Position numbers and translations under genes: made by a program. From a virus, in the IMG/VR virus record IMGVR_UViG_3300032334_001128, positions 1-64,000 of that record: a stretch of DNA of 64,000 nucleotides; one strand, written 5' to 3'. The notes beneath the pieces were generated by a model. That model saw only the letters and a program-made list of their open reading frames with translations. It did not search any database and was not told the DNA's origin. Positions 44,601-53,275 of the stretch are shown piece after piece; position 1 is the stretch's first letter, and each line of letters opens with the position of its first letter.

Positions 44601-47600
44601 CAAACAGTATTGGTGGCTACGATACAGGAACCGACGGGGATGGCTATATAGAAGTAAATCCTAACAAGGACGGAACATGGGAAGTAAGTCACGCATATAA
44701 CTACCTGATCGATGAAAATGGTCCTGAAGGTGTTATGGATGAGGGCTCACAGACTTTCAAGACTAAAGAAGAAGCTATGGCGTATGCTAACGATAAGCTT
44801 GAATATTACAATAGTCAGGAAGTCTATGATGATGCCTCTGATCACGCTATGGAAGCTGCATACCGTGGTGGAATGTACGATGAGGGCTTTGAGCAACGTC
44901 CTGGAAGACAAGTCAACATTGGTGATTTTGAGGTCTTTAAGGGTAACTATTCTCTAAGTGATAAATTTGAGGACTTCAATGTCAGAATTGAAAAGACTCC
45001 AGAAGGTAAATGGAAAGTAACTCCATCAGTCTTTGGATTCCCTGGAAACGATGTAAACCGCCGCGAGGACTGGTTTGATCAAACTCCTCAAACATTTGAC
45101 AACTTAGAAGATGCTAAGAAGTCAGCTGTTAAAGAAGCAAACTATCTAAGTAATGACACCAATAGATCCGGTGCCCTCGATGAGAGGGGACCAGGTTATG
45201 GTTTCGCTCAGAAGCCTGGAAAGAAAGTAAGTCCAGAAGTTTCTGCTAAGAACAAGGAACTAGCTAAGAGACTTATGGAAAAGGGTGCTTTTGATCCTGA
45301 TGGTGGTTTAGATGAAGATGACCCAGACTATGAAGCTCTTCAAGATATTAAGGATCGTAACGAGGCTTACCTAGATAACCTTGCTGCTACAGATCCAGCA
45401 GAGTATTTCTATACTATTGCTAAAGCTGGAGAGTTTATGGGCGCTGAACCATCTGACTTCAGACGTATGATTGAAAAGCCATACAACTACCATGCTGAAG
45501 TTCTTGAATCAGAGATGAACAGCTGGGTCGGAGACAACAACAGCGGCTACTGGTTAGATGAAATCGGTCACGGCTCTGAGGGCGAAGGCTTCGCTCAAAA
45601 AGCTGGAACTAAGAAAGTAAATCCAAAGGCAGCAATTCAAAAGATTATTGATGCAGCTCCTAAAGATCAGGGCTTTGCTCAGCGTGCTGGTAAAGAAGAC
45701 GGTTTAAAGAGCAACGGTACAATTGCTGGAGATATCTATGATCCAGAGACCTACGGCATGATGGACTGGGCATCTAAATGGACAGATTTCTCGGTTTCTG
45801 AAGGAGAAAATAGGCTTGGCGAGTGGTGGAAGTGGCAAGAAGAGTTTGGTCAGTGGGCAGTTAGCGAAGATCCAAAAGAAGCTGCGGGTCAGGGTCTAGT
45901 TGACGTCTACACTCTTCGTGATATTTTAGATGGAAACGTTGGCACGTTTAATCCTCTAAGCAAGAGAGATTCCGGTTGGCGTGATCGAGGAGATGGTAGT
46001 CACGAGTTTAAATCTGAGACTATAAATATATTCCCTACTAAAAATGATGACGGAACATTTGATTACACCATTACTAATGCGGCTACCGATGAGTTGATTG
46101 ACACAATCGAAAACGTAGGTGCGGCTGATAGTGTTGAAAATCTTATTTCTGGTGAATTTAGATCAGATTTGGAAGATATTGGCTATGAAGTCAGTGGTAG
46201 ATCTAGTAATGCTGTTAATCTATTCTCAGATCCATATGACAGAAGTAGAGGGTTTGCTCAAAAGTCTGGATCTGACTCCGGGCTATTAGAAGAAAATCCT
46301 GCAGCTATTAAACTCAGCGGTAAATTTAGTGATACCGGATCTGGTGGAATAAACTATCAGGATTCTGAAGGTAGATCCAAGGGTAGCGTACAAATGTTCT
46401 TTACTAAAGATAAGAATGGTAAAGAAAGCTACGGTTGGATGGTCGAGTACCTACCATCTAATGGAGAAGGTATTGTACGTAAGAGTTTTATGCAAAAATA
46501 TGACGGTGCCTACGAAGGAAAACCGTGGATTGCAGCTGAAAAACATCTAAGAAATCTAATTGCTAAAGACAATGCTAGCCAGAACAAACAAAAAACTGGT
46601 GGATTCTCTGCTAAGCAGATGGAACCTGCAACTCCTGCCCAGTATGCTCTTCTACAAGAGTACGCTGACGAGAGAGTACCAGCTGATGATCTAACTGCAC
46701 AGGCAATTCAAGACGCACTTGCTAACAGGAACCTAACTAAGGCACAGATGAGTGCTCTTATTGGTCCTATGAACGATGCTGAATTCAAGCCGGGCGTTGA
46801 CCCTAACAAGCCAAGCGACCGTGCTCTTAAGTCATTAAACAGCAAGCTTGTCACTAAAGATCTAACTCCAGAAGAAGTCAAGGACATCCTAGACAACCTA
46901 CCGAACATGAACCGTGCAGAAGTTGATGCTCTAAACGACAGGCTTCGCAGGAAGAAGGATCGTCCAGAGACCATTGGTTTCGCTCAAGAGCCAGGTGGTT
47001 CTGATGACGAGAACATGGAGCAGCTAATGGGCGACGACCTAGGCAACGACAGAAACGTTGAAACCCAGGGCGAAATGTCTGACTACTACAACTCTCTCAA
47101 AGGTGACCGTATTGCAGAACTTCAAAAGAAACTCGATGCTGCAAATGAAGAAATCAATATCTTCGGTCTAGATGACTTGCAAGAAATGCTAGACGAGGCT
47201 GACCCAGATAGCGAAGCTAACCTAAAGAGATATGGTAAAACTTGGCCTGCAGAGCAGTCTTACATTGCAGCTCAGGATCTTAGAGACGCTGCAGAGCAAA
47301 TTAGAAACAGCAATAACCCTAACGTTGACAAGAGTCTAGCTGATGATCTAGACAATGCCGCCAATCAGGTTATGAAGCGTATGGAAGATAGGATCAATCC
47401 ACTACTGTTCGCTTCAGTTGAAGATCCATATGGTACCAATTTTGATCTAGGTGATGTAGACACAGATCTAGACCAGATGCGTGAACTCTACTTTGAGACT
47501 GACACAGATGAGATCAAGAAATATCTAGATCAAACTGGAGTCTACGGTGACGTTAGATCTGGTGGAGCAGAAGCAGTAGTTTCTGATAAACCAGAAGAAG

Positions 47601-50600
47601 ATGGCGAAAACAAAGGCAAATACAGAGCTTCTGTAAGTTACGGTGGCGGAACTGCTGCTGATGATCAGGTAGAGTACTTTGATGACCCAGAAGATGCTAA
47701 AGACTGGGCAGCTAATGAAGTTTCTAACTTAAGTAGCTATCACCAAGTAGGTCTTACTCACCCAGACAAATCTTTCTCAGATCTTGATGCAGAAAGAGAT
47801 GCTGCAATTGCAAATGGCACTGAGCAGGAGTTCCTAAGTAGACTATCTGACGTAGCAAAAATAATGAGAGATCAGAGAGGCGATGAAAAGCTATCTCGTG
47901 AACTTGATGACTACGTTGAACGTGCCCAGGCAGCTCTTGACAAGAAGAAGGGCAACGCAGGAGGTCAAGGCTTCGCTCAAAGACCAGGATCTGATGAGAA
48001 CGAGCAAGATATAATCGACGACATCAAGTCTCGTGGACAAGATATCATTGATGGTCTTAGAGACAATGGCAAAATCGATGTTGAAACTGATGAAGAGTTC
48101 GAAGCTAGAATTGCTGACTATCAAAGGAACTTGGATGGTCTACTATTCCAACTAAACTTTGGCAATAGCGATACTTTAGAGCGTTTTGGGATGGATTTCG
48201 ATTCCACAGCATGGACAAGTTCTGGTAATGACGAACTTCTTGCTCAGCTAGAAGATCTAGTTCCAGAAGCTAGAAGACGTCGTAGTAGTGCTATTTATGG
48301 ATCCCGTGGCTTTGCTCAGGAACCAGGCTCCGGAACCCCTGTCAGAAATGACAAACTAAACCCAACCAGTGATGGTGGATTTGGTACTAATCCTTACTCT
48401 GATAGTCAAATTGAAGTCAATCCTACCAAAGATGGTAAGTGGGAAGTAAATCATGCTTATAACTACATGATTGACGAGAATGGTCCTACAGGTACCATTG
48501 ACGAGGGTTCTAAACTCTTTGATTCCAAAGAAGAGGCTCTTGCATTTGCTAATGAAAAACTTGACTACTACAACAGTTCTGATGTAGACAGAGATGCAGA
48601 AGATCACAATGCTGATCGTTATACTGGGTTTGATCAAAAGCCAGGCAACGCAGTTGTCTCTCCTAAGATGGGTGAACCAGCTTCAGATGCTCAGTACGAC
48701 TACCTCAAAGAACTTGGCGATACTCAGGATGGAATCAGTCCGGATCTAGCTACTGCAATCCAGGATGCTCTATCAAGTAAAAACTTGACAAAGGCTCAGG
48801 TGGGTGCATTGCTAGGACAACTTAGAGCTCTAAAGCCTAAGGCTGGTATTGATACAAGTAAGCCGACTCCTCGTCAAATTCAGAGAGTCAAAGATCTTGC
48901 GAACTCACTTGGCCTAAGCCCTGCTGAAAAGCGTAAGCTTGGTCTTAGCAAGGTGAGCAGCATGTCTTCTGATGAAGTTCAGAAGCTCATTGACAACCTA
49001 AAGCGTAGAGGCGGGGGAGACGAGGGGTCAGGTGGTGTCCGCCCAAAAGGTAGACCCGGCGATAAGCCGGGTGGTGGCGGATCAGTAGGTCAAGTACCCG
49101 GAAAATTAATTTCTTATACTCCTAGAAGTAAATTCTTAGAAAAAGATAGATCTGACGCTAAAGAAATTTATGACAGAGTAAATAAGAATCTTGACAAATA
49201 TGCTAGTCAGGATTCTGAATTTGCAAAAAAATTAGAAGAGTCTAAGAAGAAGTACCCTGAAGGCATCTACAGCATGATTGACATTGCTGCAGATCCTAAC
49301 TCTACTCAGCAGCAAATTGACGATGTTATAAAAGACGTCAATGATCTTAATAAAGCTCTGCAGAGTAGTAAAGCGGATGTATTTGCTGGAGACACTAATG
49401 TATTAGATGGTCTTGCTAAATATAAATTTGCCGAGCTAACCCCAGAAGTTAATAAACAAAAACTATCTGGAGGAAGCAAGAAGCACTCTGAAGGTGACAC
49501 TGTAGATTCTAGATTTAGTGCTATGTATAACCCTAACCTAGTTGAATACAAGAGCTCAGAAAATGGTAGGGGCTCCACTAATACAGCAATTGGTTATGTA
49601 ACTACCGATGCTTTAGAAGGCATGGCTGGAAATGAAATTCGTAATGCAAGTGTAGTTAACGATATTGCAAAAGATCTTAAAAATGGAGTTGGATTTAAAG
49701 AACCGATAATCATGATTTACGATCCAAAAACCGGTAAAGCATTTATTACTGAAGGTAACCATAGACTTGCTGCAGCAAAAAAGGCTGGAGTTAAATACGT
49801 TCCAGTAAGAATTGTAAATCTAGATGTAGCTCCAGGTGACCAGATTAAGATGGAGCGAGTTGGTAAGCCTCTAGGACGTAGAGCTGCCCCTATTGGCGGA
49901 GGTGAGTGGTCTTCAACAATTCAGCCTAGTCAAATATTTGATGACTCTCAGCTTCTCCAAGAAGATGCCGGAGGTTTTGCTCAAGCAGCCGGATCACCTA
50001 GAGCCAAGAGATTCAACGAAATGGCGGCTGACCGTAAGTTTGTAGACGCTACAACTGAAAAAGATGCTAAGAAAGATATTAGCCGTTGGAGTAGAGAAGA
50101 AAACGGTCTAAAAACTGAAATTACTGAACGTAATGGAAGATTCACTGCCAAGTTCAGCGATAAGCCTAAAGAAGAAGTAGACCTTGGTATCAATGAATCT
50201 GCAGCGTTTAAAGAGGCAGAACGCCAGATTATGCTCAGAACCGCTGAGTTTGACACTGTTGACCTAGATGGCTTTGCTCAAAAAGAAGGCGACAAGGGTC
50301 CTAAGCGTCAACGCGTTCTAGAAGCCATCGCTTCAGTAAGCAACGCCCTCGGTCTATTCGACGAGTGGAAGGGTAAGACTACCAAGGTTCGTGAAGATGT
50401 AAACAACGTTGGCGAATTTGTCAACAACATGCGTTACGTCAAGGCGGATCTTGAAAAAGCAATCAATAACCTAAAGAACTCTAAGGGTGTTGAAGAGAAG
50501 ATGGCTGCCATCTCTGAGCTGACTGCTGCAATCAAGAAAGCAAAACTTGCTGCAAGAATTGCTAAGGATCGTTGGAAGAGAAATCACCCTGAAGACCTGA

Positions 50601-53044
50601 AGCCTAAGGCTCCAAAGACTCCTAAAGCTATTGAAGCTCCTACAGTTGAAAAAGTTAGCAAGAAGTTTGAAGACGATTTAACTGCAGCTGAAGAAGCAAT
50701 CAGTCCTACCCCTGGACGACTTCCTAATCCTGAGCCTTACAACATTCCACGTGGTGGAGTGTACATGTATGACGAAAACGGTAACCGCCTACGTCAAGAT
50801 GGCACACCTTTTAGACCGATTGGTCCTTCAGATCTGGATGGCTTCGCTCAGTCCCTACCGACCGAGACAGTATCTCCTAAAGATTTCAAGGCTAGACAAG
50901 CTAAAGCTATAGCAGATAACAAGGCTGCTGCGGCTTCTATGATGGATATTTTCCGTAAGCGTATAAAGAACCCAGCTTGGCACAAATGGCAAGCTCCTTA
51001 CTCAGATTATCCTGCCGACGATCCAATGACTGCTCCGGTTAATCCGAGCAACATGCCATTTAACCCTTCATCTAATCATCAATATAGTGCGATAAACCAC
51101 CACGCTCTAGCTACTGCAGCTGCTGAACGTGGCTATACAGACCCTCGCTGGATGACTTCAGCACAGGCTAAAAAACTTGGTGCTACTGTTCGTGATGGCG
51201 AGCAGGGTGTGAAGATCATGACATTTATGACTATTGAAGATGAAGAATCTGGAGAGCGCTCAATAGTCCAAGTACCTAGATTTGTTTTTAACGCTCAGCA
51301 AATGGATGGTCTAGAGCCTTATAGTCCTAGCCAACAACCAAAGATGGATGCTGCACAGGCTATTGATTTCGTTCTTGGTAGATTTAGTGAAGCCGAGAAA
51401 AAGCGTGGCAAGAGTGGAAATATAAAGATCTGGGAGGATCTGTACGGTAGTGACACCCCTATGTGGAGTCCTGCAGGAGCTCGTAGGCCTGAAAATATTA
51501 GAATGCCTGATCGTAGCAAATACGACAGCCCTGAAGATTACCTATATAGTTTATTCCACGAACTAGCCCATGCAACTGGAACTCAGGATAGACAGGGTAG
51601 AGAAGCCCACCTAGCTCAAGCGCGTGGGGACATGACTATGGGTCAGCTAGCGGTTGAAGAAGCCACTGCCGAGATTGCTTCTCAGCTATTACTACAGCGT
51701 CTAGGTCTAAACTATAATCCAGACAGAACAGCCGAATACCTAAGATCTCACGATCTTAATGATGCTCAGCTAAATGAAGCAATGGCAAAAGCAGAGCTAG
51801 CAGTTGATTATGTACTAGGTAACGATGTTCTCCCTCCATGGCATAACAGCTCTAGCGACATGATGGAAGCTGCAGAAGTCCCTGGATATACTCCACCTGC
51901 TTCACGTAGCTGGAACCCTAATACTAACCTAGGTCCTCAGGACGCTCCTTCAGCATTCCCTGCTGGAACTCCAGGATCTGATGAAAACCCAGAAGTAACT
52001 GGTTTTGCTCAGAAGCCTGGAAAGTTTGACAGAACTGGTAAAAAGTCTGTAACTGATAGCAAGACTGCAACAGAAAAAGTTATGGCCGGTCTTCTTGAGA
52101 AGATCAAGCAGGGAGAGACTCCTTGGCGTAAGCCTTACAAAGAGGGCGAAAAGTACGCAGGTATAGCTCTACCTAGAAACCCATCGTCTAAGCACATCTA
52201 CTCGGGTGTAAACGCTATGGCTCTAAGATTTGCTCAAGAAGAGAATGGCTATAGCGATCCTCGATGGATGACCTATAACCAAGCTTCGGCAATGGGTGGT
52301 CAGGTACGTAAGGGTGAGAAGGGTACATTCATTCTTGTTCCTATGCGTATCACTCAGCAGGATGAGAAAGACCCAAACAAGAAGCGTTCATTCACCATGT
52401 TCAAAGCTACTGCAGTATTTAACGCTGAGCAGATTGATGGTCTGAATCTACCTGAACTATCTACAGAGAGCCTCCCTAAGATGACTCCTCTAGATGCACA
52501 GGAATTCATTGTTGAGCGTTACAAGAAGGCAATGGCAGCTCGTACCGGCAAGGCTCCAAACATCAAACATACTTATGTTGGAAGTGGTGGAGCACACCAG
52601 GCTCCAAACTGGGGAACCTTATCGGATGAAGTTACTCTACCTAACCTAGAGCAATTTAATTCTCCTGAAGATCTGTTTGACACAATCGCTCACGAACTTG
52701 TACACAGTACAGGCCACCCAGATCGTCTAGACAGATCGGATCTAACCAAGGACTATGCCAATGATTTAGAGTCTAGAGCTAGAGAAGAACTTATTGCTGA
52801 AATTGGAGGTGCTCTACTAGCTAATATGTTTGGTGTAGATGCAACATTTGATAACAGTGCAGCATATGTTCAAAGCTGGCTAAAGCACCTACAATCCAAC
52901 CCAGACGAGATTATCAATGCAACTAGCCAGGCCCAAAAAGCTGTAGACTATATTCTTGGTACAGATCTTGGAGACTGGAGCCCGATTGACGGATATAGCA
53001 TTGGAAATGCTGTCCAAAAACCTACAGAAGAAGAGGAGTCATAA
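38657..53044 (+). CDS. 4795-aa polyvalent head-module protein with 25 GFxQxxG linkers, a ParB-like domain and two ArdC-like (ssDNA-binding + zincin) units
   Basis: single open frame; ITEGNHRLAAA (ParB/Srx); PWRKPY...YSGVN...DPRWMTYNQ...VRKGEKG and AHELVH/FHELAH...EELIAE. Confidence 0.85.
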   Translation: MSQNLSALVAALETINQKDLELSVVETEQIFKKGVVTHVLQQNALVASIRQVAIKDVLKFTDRYIASKLDNEDPRDVFFNAAREVTSFVEYAVNGPALERVMAVEHRDLLPAAHPFSTKTISPITASALRVRNAAWVAWDPRITDDAARKAVFDAYVQQPNTTKGLYAVARLESLTASVVPADIKLGAVTAAFGVGNPFAGNNSSAARSARAKLQRRDRKGRFAEMGGGSRILAMIGNMIKSFTGKFAGIPQDSNNIEVEIAGNSDLPGGIYSVPASKVEGLKAILRGNMVSPAVPANSRNSRAAIDLQDLLASRKSAPTGWTDNGDGKFTSADGYSVSQIDIPQDATGMNDKNGNFLPFELQGKFIGAGPNGSYDRSKPVFELKDANGNVVGRAQEWANLQKLAADSDESKGAAPKTKARLRTPQPAGFRQEPGDNTEPIDVVGDSEVEPLPAPPRKEDDNFEANYINYLATKDYKAKDVTDTDGKYFLSEQELADGGKLWQVGDDMDDNGPQYVAQKADGTFEVNGKTFYPKNYGGDVISAADDAFSTADKNRSAGKRGFAQEAGSEEKVNSETLDGWAKKYGAVETTTPDDTAKNMRRWALDGHDIVMENANTDSIKPYNFKIKITEGPDAGKFYWGSSVADIPSNYQYGLSREEDLEQLFSFPKNIKRKKDGLEPLKTDKNQQRDSKIERIKNNRAQRAKVTNAIATADPKKIQEALDDAAIPEKYQDVLKAQLKKAQDFENGLSEDPHWTKDEIAAIEQMAKDYGYEGDIVPNEEGVYSFTLGSEDDYSWAELTIFPGNRADLTQYTTGAYSPGGWDEPPSQDVDSETRSIPVGSSMDDLENIFAGGDNSSDAPEPPERDEDEGFYQKPGEEPEIKTVDDYVNSKYGRGFKETTTEADKAAGRRVWFYEDTDTGGGGEVTQNADGTVDISGTTFSQGMFGERQSEFDDSFDPNFYGEGEDGRVGAIDDAFGTIKYKTGDPGVPDSDGFEQAPGLPGFRQKSGKGKFELPEDFDSVKNWKDLGNGKYEYTSKDGRLKVRYNEEFDAEPDGEGGMRGYENSYAEIELDGEVIEDSLDANGASFLFGEGEREFEPAELADRVVKSLKDAQSKGFKQEAGKDSEAQAESYLNELEQDASEILDRNPMGTTEWTSKDGRVKAVHGDDGSAGEYVEVFLDGKSIGGVGKYSPVEDPKTGNYSEPWDSPDKEPGWVADGIYELLKENLATEGFKQEAGKEKFELSKEFYNDKNWSKEPFKNPEWTSADGKVKVKYVSDGDVNDEGRPVDTSYLEVSVDGEVIGDISAPNALQYNAGDPNDPEYMRTGIPSSKLELDEYGDDVQAMVDNHLKSKGGFKQSAGEAGGVRKSHISDLDNWSSDPSDGGEGTYTSPDGRLTLEAMADADTDGEGGMKDLSRIAVSYDGEEIGTLPKLGVMYNEADLADDVDNLVSKYLEKQTGGFNQQPGSGRRKVGNFRVIPREEFTDIVGAADTSDGGIVRLEKTKNGTITPTAYNRFGQVMAQSEPTTDLDAALKEGERLLSGLEGKAQDSPEVSGFSQKPGEEPPAWTKDPATPLQYNKLQGILDNQADRLPTDVRDMVEEAVANKALTKGEMGKLLAEVGKSADLSISYTPKVDKAHASDRANWKYDKKSKSYSYTSADGRLSINAVSPEDGATTVTYDGKPVQISRPYGSEIWQSVDNGGVPIGDSVDTAIKDRLDFENKTGIYSDKSGFAQAPGSTSKAIRTPQPQVDEGRAASAKFAKDGFLEQTTNYGSGDSDLSWEIDVDDMESAAIVVKYSPNRGTWYAYAQYRDKRGNLSTAENGDLGDFKTAEEAMAAASAFNNDEDRMDEYNEIIRDARKARMQAVATKFEEAVANKDYDALKELLNDEDVLTSEDSDFLENDILEEMNSISLEEERQSDVEDALASNDKDRLEELLGDDDYEEYHSRLEDAINDFKHGEEDPDGFEQAPGKKLTPRNNQTLKPNSIGGYDTGTDGDGYIEVNPNKDGTWEVSHAYNYLIDENGPEGVMDEGSQTFKTKEEAMAYANDKLEYYNSQEVYDDASDHAMEAAYRGGMYDEGFEQRPGRQVNIGDFEVFKGNYSLSDKFEDFNVRIEKTPEGKWKVTPSVFGFPGNDVNRREDWFDQTPQTFDNLEDAKKSAVKEANYLSNDTNRSGALDERGPGYGFAQKPGKKVSPEVSAKNKELAKRLMEKGAFDPDGGLDEDDPDYEALQDIKDRNEAYLDNLAATDPAEYFYTIAKAGEFMGAEPSDFRRMIEKPYNYHAEVLESEMNSWVGDNNSGYWLDEIGHGSEGEGFAQKAGTKKVNPKAAIQKIIDAAPKDQGFAQRAGKEDGLKSNGTIAGDIYDPETYGMMDWASKWTDFSVSEGENRLGEWWKWQEEFGQWAVSEDPKEAAGQGLVDVYTLRDILDGNVGTFNPLSKRDSGWRDRGDGSHEFKSETINIFPTKNDDGTFDYTITNAATDELIDTIENVGAADSVENLISGEFRSDLEDIGYEVSGRSSNAVNLFSDPYDRSRGFAQKSGSDSGLLEENPAAIKLSGKFSDTGSGGINYQDSEGRSKGSVQMFFTKDKNGKESYGWMVEYLPSNGEGIVRKSFMQKYDGAYEGKPWIAAEKHLRNLIAKDNASQNKQKTGGFSAKQMEPATPAQYALLQEYADERVPADDLTAQAIQDALANRNLTKAQMSALIGPMNDAEFKPGVDPNKPSDRALKSLNSKLVTKDLTPEEVKDILDNLPNMNRAEVDALNDRLRRKKDRPETIGFAQEPGGSDDENMEQLMGDDLGNDRNVETQGEMSDYYNSLKGDRIAELQKKLDAANEEINIFGLDDLQEMLDEADPDSEANLKRYGKTWPAEQSYIAAQDLRDAAEQIRNSNNPNVDKSLADDLDNAANQVMKRMEDRINPLLFASVEDPYGTNFDLGDVDTDLDQMRELYFETDTDEIKKYLDQTGVYGDVRSGGAEAVVSDKPEEDGENKGKYRASVSYGGGTAADDQVEYFDDPEDAKDWAANEVSNLSSYHQVGLTHPDKSFSDLDAERDAAIANGTEQEFLSRLSDVAKIMRDQRGDEKLSRELDDYVERAQAALDKKKGNAGGQGFAQRPGSDENEQDIIDDIKSRGQDIIDGLRDNGKIDVETDEEFEARIADYQRNLDGLLFQLNFGNSDTLERFGMDFDSTAWTSSGNDELLAQLEDLVPEARRRRSSAIYGSRGFAQEPGSGTPVRNDKLNPTSDGGFGTNPYSDSQIEVNPTKDGKWEVNHAYNYMIDENGPTGTIDEGSKLFDSKEEALAFANEKLDYYNSSDVDRDAEDHNADRYTGFDQKPGNAVVSPKMGEPASDAQYDYLKELGDTQDGISPDLATAIQDALSSKNLTKAQVGALLGQLRALKPKAGIDTSKPTPRQIQRVKDLANSLGLSPAEKRKLGLSKVSSMSSDEVQKLIDNLKRRGGGDEGSGGVRPKGRPGDKPGGGGSVGQVPGKLISYTPRSKFLEKDRSDAKEIYDRVNKNLDKYASQDSEFAKKLEESKKKYPEGIYSMIDIAADPNSTQQQIDDVIKDVNDLNKALQSSKADVFAGDTNVLDGLAKYKFAELTPEVNKQKLSGGSKKHSEGDTVDSRFSAMYNPNLVEYKSSENGRGSTNTAIGYVTTDALEGMAGNEIRNASVVNDIAKDLKNGVGFKEPIIMIYDPKTGKAFITEGNHRLAAAKKAGVKYVPVRIVNLDVAPGDQIKMERVGKPLGRRAAPIGGGEWSSTIQPSQIFDDSQLLQEDAGGFAQAAGSPRAKRFNEMAADRKFVDATTEKDAKKDISRWSREENGLKTEITERNGRFTAKFSDKPKEEVDLGINESAAFKEAERQIMLRTAEFDTVDLDGFAQKEGDKGPKRQRVLEAIASVSNALGLFDEWKGKTTKVREDVNNVGEFVNNMRYVKADLEKAINNLKNSKGVEEKMAAISELTAAIKKAKLAARIAKDRWKRNHPEDLKPKAPKTPKAIEAPTVEKVSKKFEDDLTAAEEAISPTPGRLPNPEPYNIPRGGVYMYDENGNRLRQDGTPFRPIGPSDLDGFAQSLPTETVSPKDFKARQAKAIADNKAAAASMMDIFRKRIKNPAWHKWQAPYSDYPADDPMTAPVNPSNMPFNPSSNHQYSAINHHALATAAAERGYTDPRWMTSAQAKKLGATVRDGEQGVKIMTFMTIEDEESGERSIVQVPRFVFNAQQMDGLEPYSPSQQPKMDAAQAIDFVLGRFSEAEKKRGKSGNIKIWEDLYGSDTPMWSPAGARRPENIRMPDRSKYDSPEDYLYSLFHELAHATGTQDRQGREAHLAQARGDMTMGQLAVEEATAEIASQLLLQRLGLNYNPDRTAEYLRSHDLNDAQLNEAMAKAELAVDYVLGNDVLPPWHNSSSDMMEAAEVPGYTPPASRSWNPNTNLGPQDAPSAFPAGTPGSDENPEVTGFAQKPGKFDRTGKKSVTDSKTATEKVMAGLLEKIKQGETPWRKPYKEGEKYAGIALPRNPSSKHIYSGVNAMALRFAQEENGYSDPRWMTYNQASAMGGQVRKGEKGTFILVPMRITQQDEKDPNKKRSFTMFKATAVFNAEQIDGLNLPELSTESLPKMTPLDAQEFIVERYKKAMAARTGKAPNIKHTYVGSGGAHQAPNWGTLSDEVTLPNLEQFNSPEDLFDTIAHELVHSTGHPDRLDRSDLTKDYANDLESRAREELIAEIGGALLANMFGVDATFDNSAAYVQSWLKHLQSNPDEIINATSQAQKAVDYILGTDLGDWSPIDGYSIGNAVQKPTEEEES

Positions 53045-53214
53045 TGGCTAAAAAAGAAATGCCAGAAGATCCAATGGAGCCTAAACGTTACACAGAAGAT
53101 GACCCAGAGTACTGGGCTCTGATGGCAAGAATTATTGGCAACCCTGTTCCAGACTTTGAAGATGATTCTGATGAAGTCGATGAAAATGGCGTCTACCGCG
53201 GAAAATCGAAATAG
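53044..53214 (+). CDS. 56-aa acidic peptide
   Basis: TAATG coupling; AGGAG RBS. Confidence 0.55.
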   Translation: MAKKEMPEDPMEPKRYTEDDPEYWALMARIIGNPVPDFEDDSDEVDENGVYRGKSK

Positions 53215-53275
53215 TCACTTTTACAATAGAAGTGTACAATAAATATAAATACTACTCAACAACAGGACTTTTTAG

